A DNA stretch of 64,000 nucleotides, from NCBI GenBank assembly GCA_963752075.1, contig CAVVWO010000002.1, positions 391,886 through 455,885 of the forward strand. Reading direction: 5' to 3'. This document shows positions 63,051 to 64,000 of the stretch, piece by piece (within the stretch, counting starts at the first letter, position 1; each line of letters starts with the position of its first letter). The notes beneath the pieces are model-generated. The model ran no database searches. It was given only the letters and a program-made list of their open reading frames with translations, and was not told the origin of the DNA. Origin of the DNA: an uncultured Acidimicrobiia bacterium. GTDB lineage: Bacteria; Actinomycetota; Acidimicrobiia; Spongiisociales; JAENVV01. A program made the translations under genes and the position numbers.

Positions 63051-63903
63051 TGACCTGCCGAGGAGAGCGGCCAACGCCGTTGCACCGCCCGGCTCGGTCA
63101 CGAGACGGAGATCGTCCCACAGTGTTCGCATCGCGACCTCGACCTCGTCATCGGACACGAGAAGCACCTGATCGACGTGAGCTTGGGCGAGCGAAAAGGC
63201 GATGTCGCCGACGGTCCGGGCTCCCAGCGCGTCGGCGGCCACCCCACTCACCTCGACTGACGGTTGGAGCACCCACCGCCAGGGCGGTGTGGAGTGTGGC
63301 CGTGCCGTGGGTCTCGACCCCGAGAAGCCGGACCTGTCGTCCCGATCCAGGCAGCTGCCCCGCCGATGAGCCCGCCACCGCCGACCGCCACCACCACCGT
63401 ATCGAGGTCCGGGTACTGAACGTCGAATTCCTGAACGTCGTCCCCTGCCCTGCCACGACGGCCGGGTCGTCATAGGCGTGGATCGCCAGTGGCACCGGTC
63501 ACTTCGGCCCGTTCTGCGCTGGCCGCCAACGCCTCCGAGTAGACATCGCCGGCGATGGTCACGTCGGCGCCGATCGCCCGGAGACGGTCCAGTTTGGCCC
63601 GGAAATGAGAGCAGGCACGAAGATCTCGGCCAGCCACGCCGAGTGCGTCGGGCGGCGTACGCCACCGCCAGGCCGTGGTTCCCGCCCGAGGCGGCAATCG
63701 ACCCCGCTTTCGGGAACGGTGGCGGTGAGGAGCTTGTTGAACGCGCCCCGGACCTTGAACGACCCGGTGTGTTGCAGCATCTCGAGCTTCAAGCCAACAC
63801 ACTTCCCGCTGTCGGGGAGCCGGTACGAGATGACTGGAGTGGACCGAATGTGATCGGCTATGCGGGTGGCCGCCTCGGCGACGTCGCTGGATCCGATCAT
63901 CAC
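63030..63903 (-). CDS. PLP-dependent threonine dehydratase / serine-threonine ammonia-lyase family (fold type II); frame disruptions; 3' end uncertain
   Basis: MMIGSSDVAEAATRIADHIRSTPVISYRLPDSGKCVGLKLEMLQHTGSFKVRGAFNKLL (PLP lysine) ...AKLDRLRAIGADVT...EPGGATALAALL...RIGVLMCGANTDP. Confidence 0.65.
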
Positions 63904-64000
63904 GCAGACGTGGGCTGAGCTCGAAACTGAGTCTCGTAGAGGTCCCGGTACAGCCCGTCCGAATCCATCAGTTCATCATGGCTGCCCTGTTGAACGAGCT
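63901..64000 (-). CDS. ABC transporter ATP-binding/permease protein, extreme C-terminus only; the gene continues beyond the window end
   Basis: Reverse strand: ELVQQGSHDELMDSDGLYRDLYETQFRAQPTSA then stop; this is the typical C-terminal tail of MsbA-like ABC exporters. Confidence 0.45.

Noticed and set aside
1-64000. tRNA, rRNA, transposase, integrase and phage genes
   Set aside because: I inspected all intergenic gaps over 100 bp (for example 20172-20319, 24111-24266, 36371-36625, 41711-41868, 57472-57587, 59118-59219 and 61028-61158). None shows tRNA-like T-loop or anticodon-arm features. No translation matches DDE, tyrosine-recombinase or phage structural motifs.

Overview
This 64 kb window has about 70% GC and looks like a contiguous chromosomal segment of a high-GC Gram-positive bacterium. 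I infer Actinomycetota from conserved gene order (dapA-rnj-ftsK, dapB-M16 peptidase, lhr-nei2); this is not proven. I found no rRNA, tRNA, CRISPR, transposase, integrase or phage genes.

The six-frame ORF track is heavily fragmented. Many real genes can only be rebuilt by joining two to six frames. I infer roughly one indel per 150-400 bp in many regions, which points either to an error-prone assembly or to widespread gene decay. For that reason most coordinates are approximate, within about 30 nt.

Gene content, 5' to 3':
- 1-5.8 kb: a respiratory and copper-delivery cluster. It holds the C-terminal part of a ba3-type haem-copper oxidase subunit I, a cytochrome b fused to a di-[4Fe-4S] ferredoxin domain, two c-type cytochromes, two SCO1/SenC proteins and a PCu(A)C copper chaperone.
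- 6.5-14.5 kb: one giant secreted protein of about 2,650 aa. It combines a beta-helix, several Ig-like domains, tandem 15-bp repeats encoding (I-P-L-A-S)n, Cys-containing motifs, a PPC domain and a clan CD (gingipain/clostripain-like) cysteine peptidase domain.
- 14.5-31.7 kb, housekeeping and assorted genes: ftsK, rnj, dapA, a phosphoribosyltransferase, a thioredoxin-TPR (YbbN/CnoX-like) protein, a GyrI-like protein, a MerR/GyrI-like regulator, an acyltransferase-3, two cyclophilins, an SH3b lipoprotein, pckA, dapB, an M16 peptidase, and small membrane proteins.
- 31.8-35.0 kb: a two-gene module. The first gene has a VWA domain with an N-terminal HExxH domain. The second is a CbbQ/NorQ-like AAA+ protein whose Walker A and Walker B motifs look degenerate.
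- 35.0-49.3 kb: tag, a LOG-family protein, a TIGR03083-like protein, a VOC protein, an isochorismatase, a WS/DGAT acyltransferase with an alpha/beta hydrolase, a PD-(D/E)xK-like protein, an HD-GYP-domain protein followed by lhr and nei2, a DUF971 protein and a DUF4032 protein.
- 49.4-54.6 kb: a lipid head-group locus with three PAP2 phosphatase paralogues, a flippase-like UPF0104 protein, a Hanks-type kinase-like membrane protein and a lipoprotein.
- 54.7-64.0 kb: a membrane protein, an FG-GAP lipoprotein, an SDR dehydrogenase, a TGS-domain GTPase, a flavin reductase, a USP, an arsR-CDF operon with a candidate operator, a small hypothetical ORF, fdhD, a further hypothetical ORF, a threonine dehydratase and the C-terminal end of an ABC transporter.

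The most interesting loci are the orphan pseudo-ATPase AAA+/VWA-HExxH pair, the giant IPLAS-repeat surface protease, the cytochrome b-ferredoxin fusion and the PAP2/kinase/flippase lipid locus.

All assignments rest on motifs I recognised by eye in the translations. No database search was possible.
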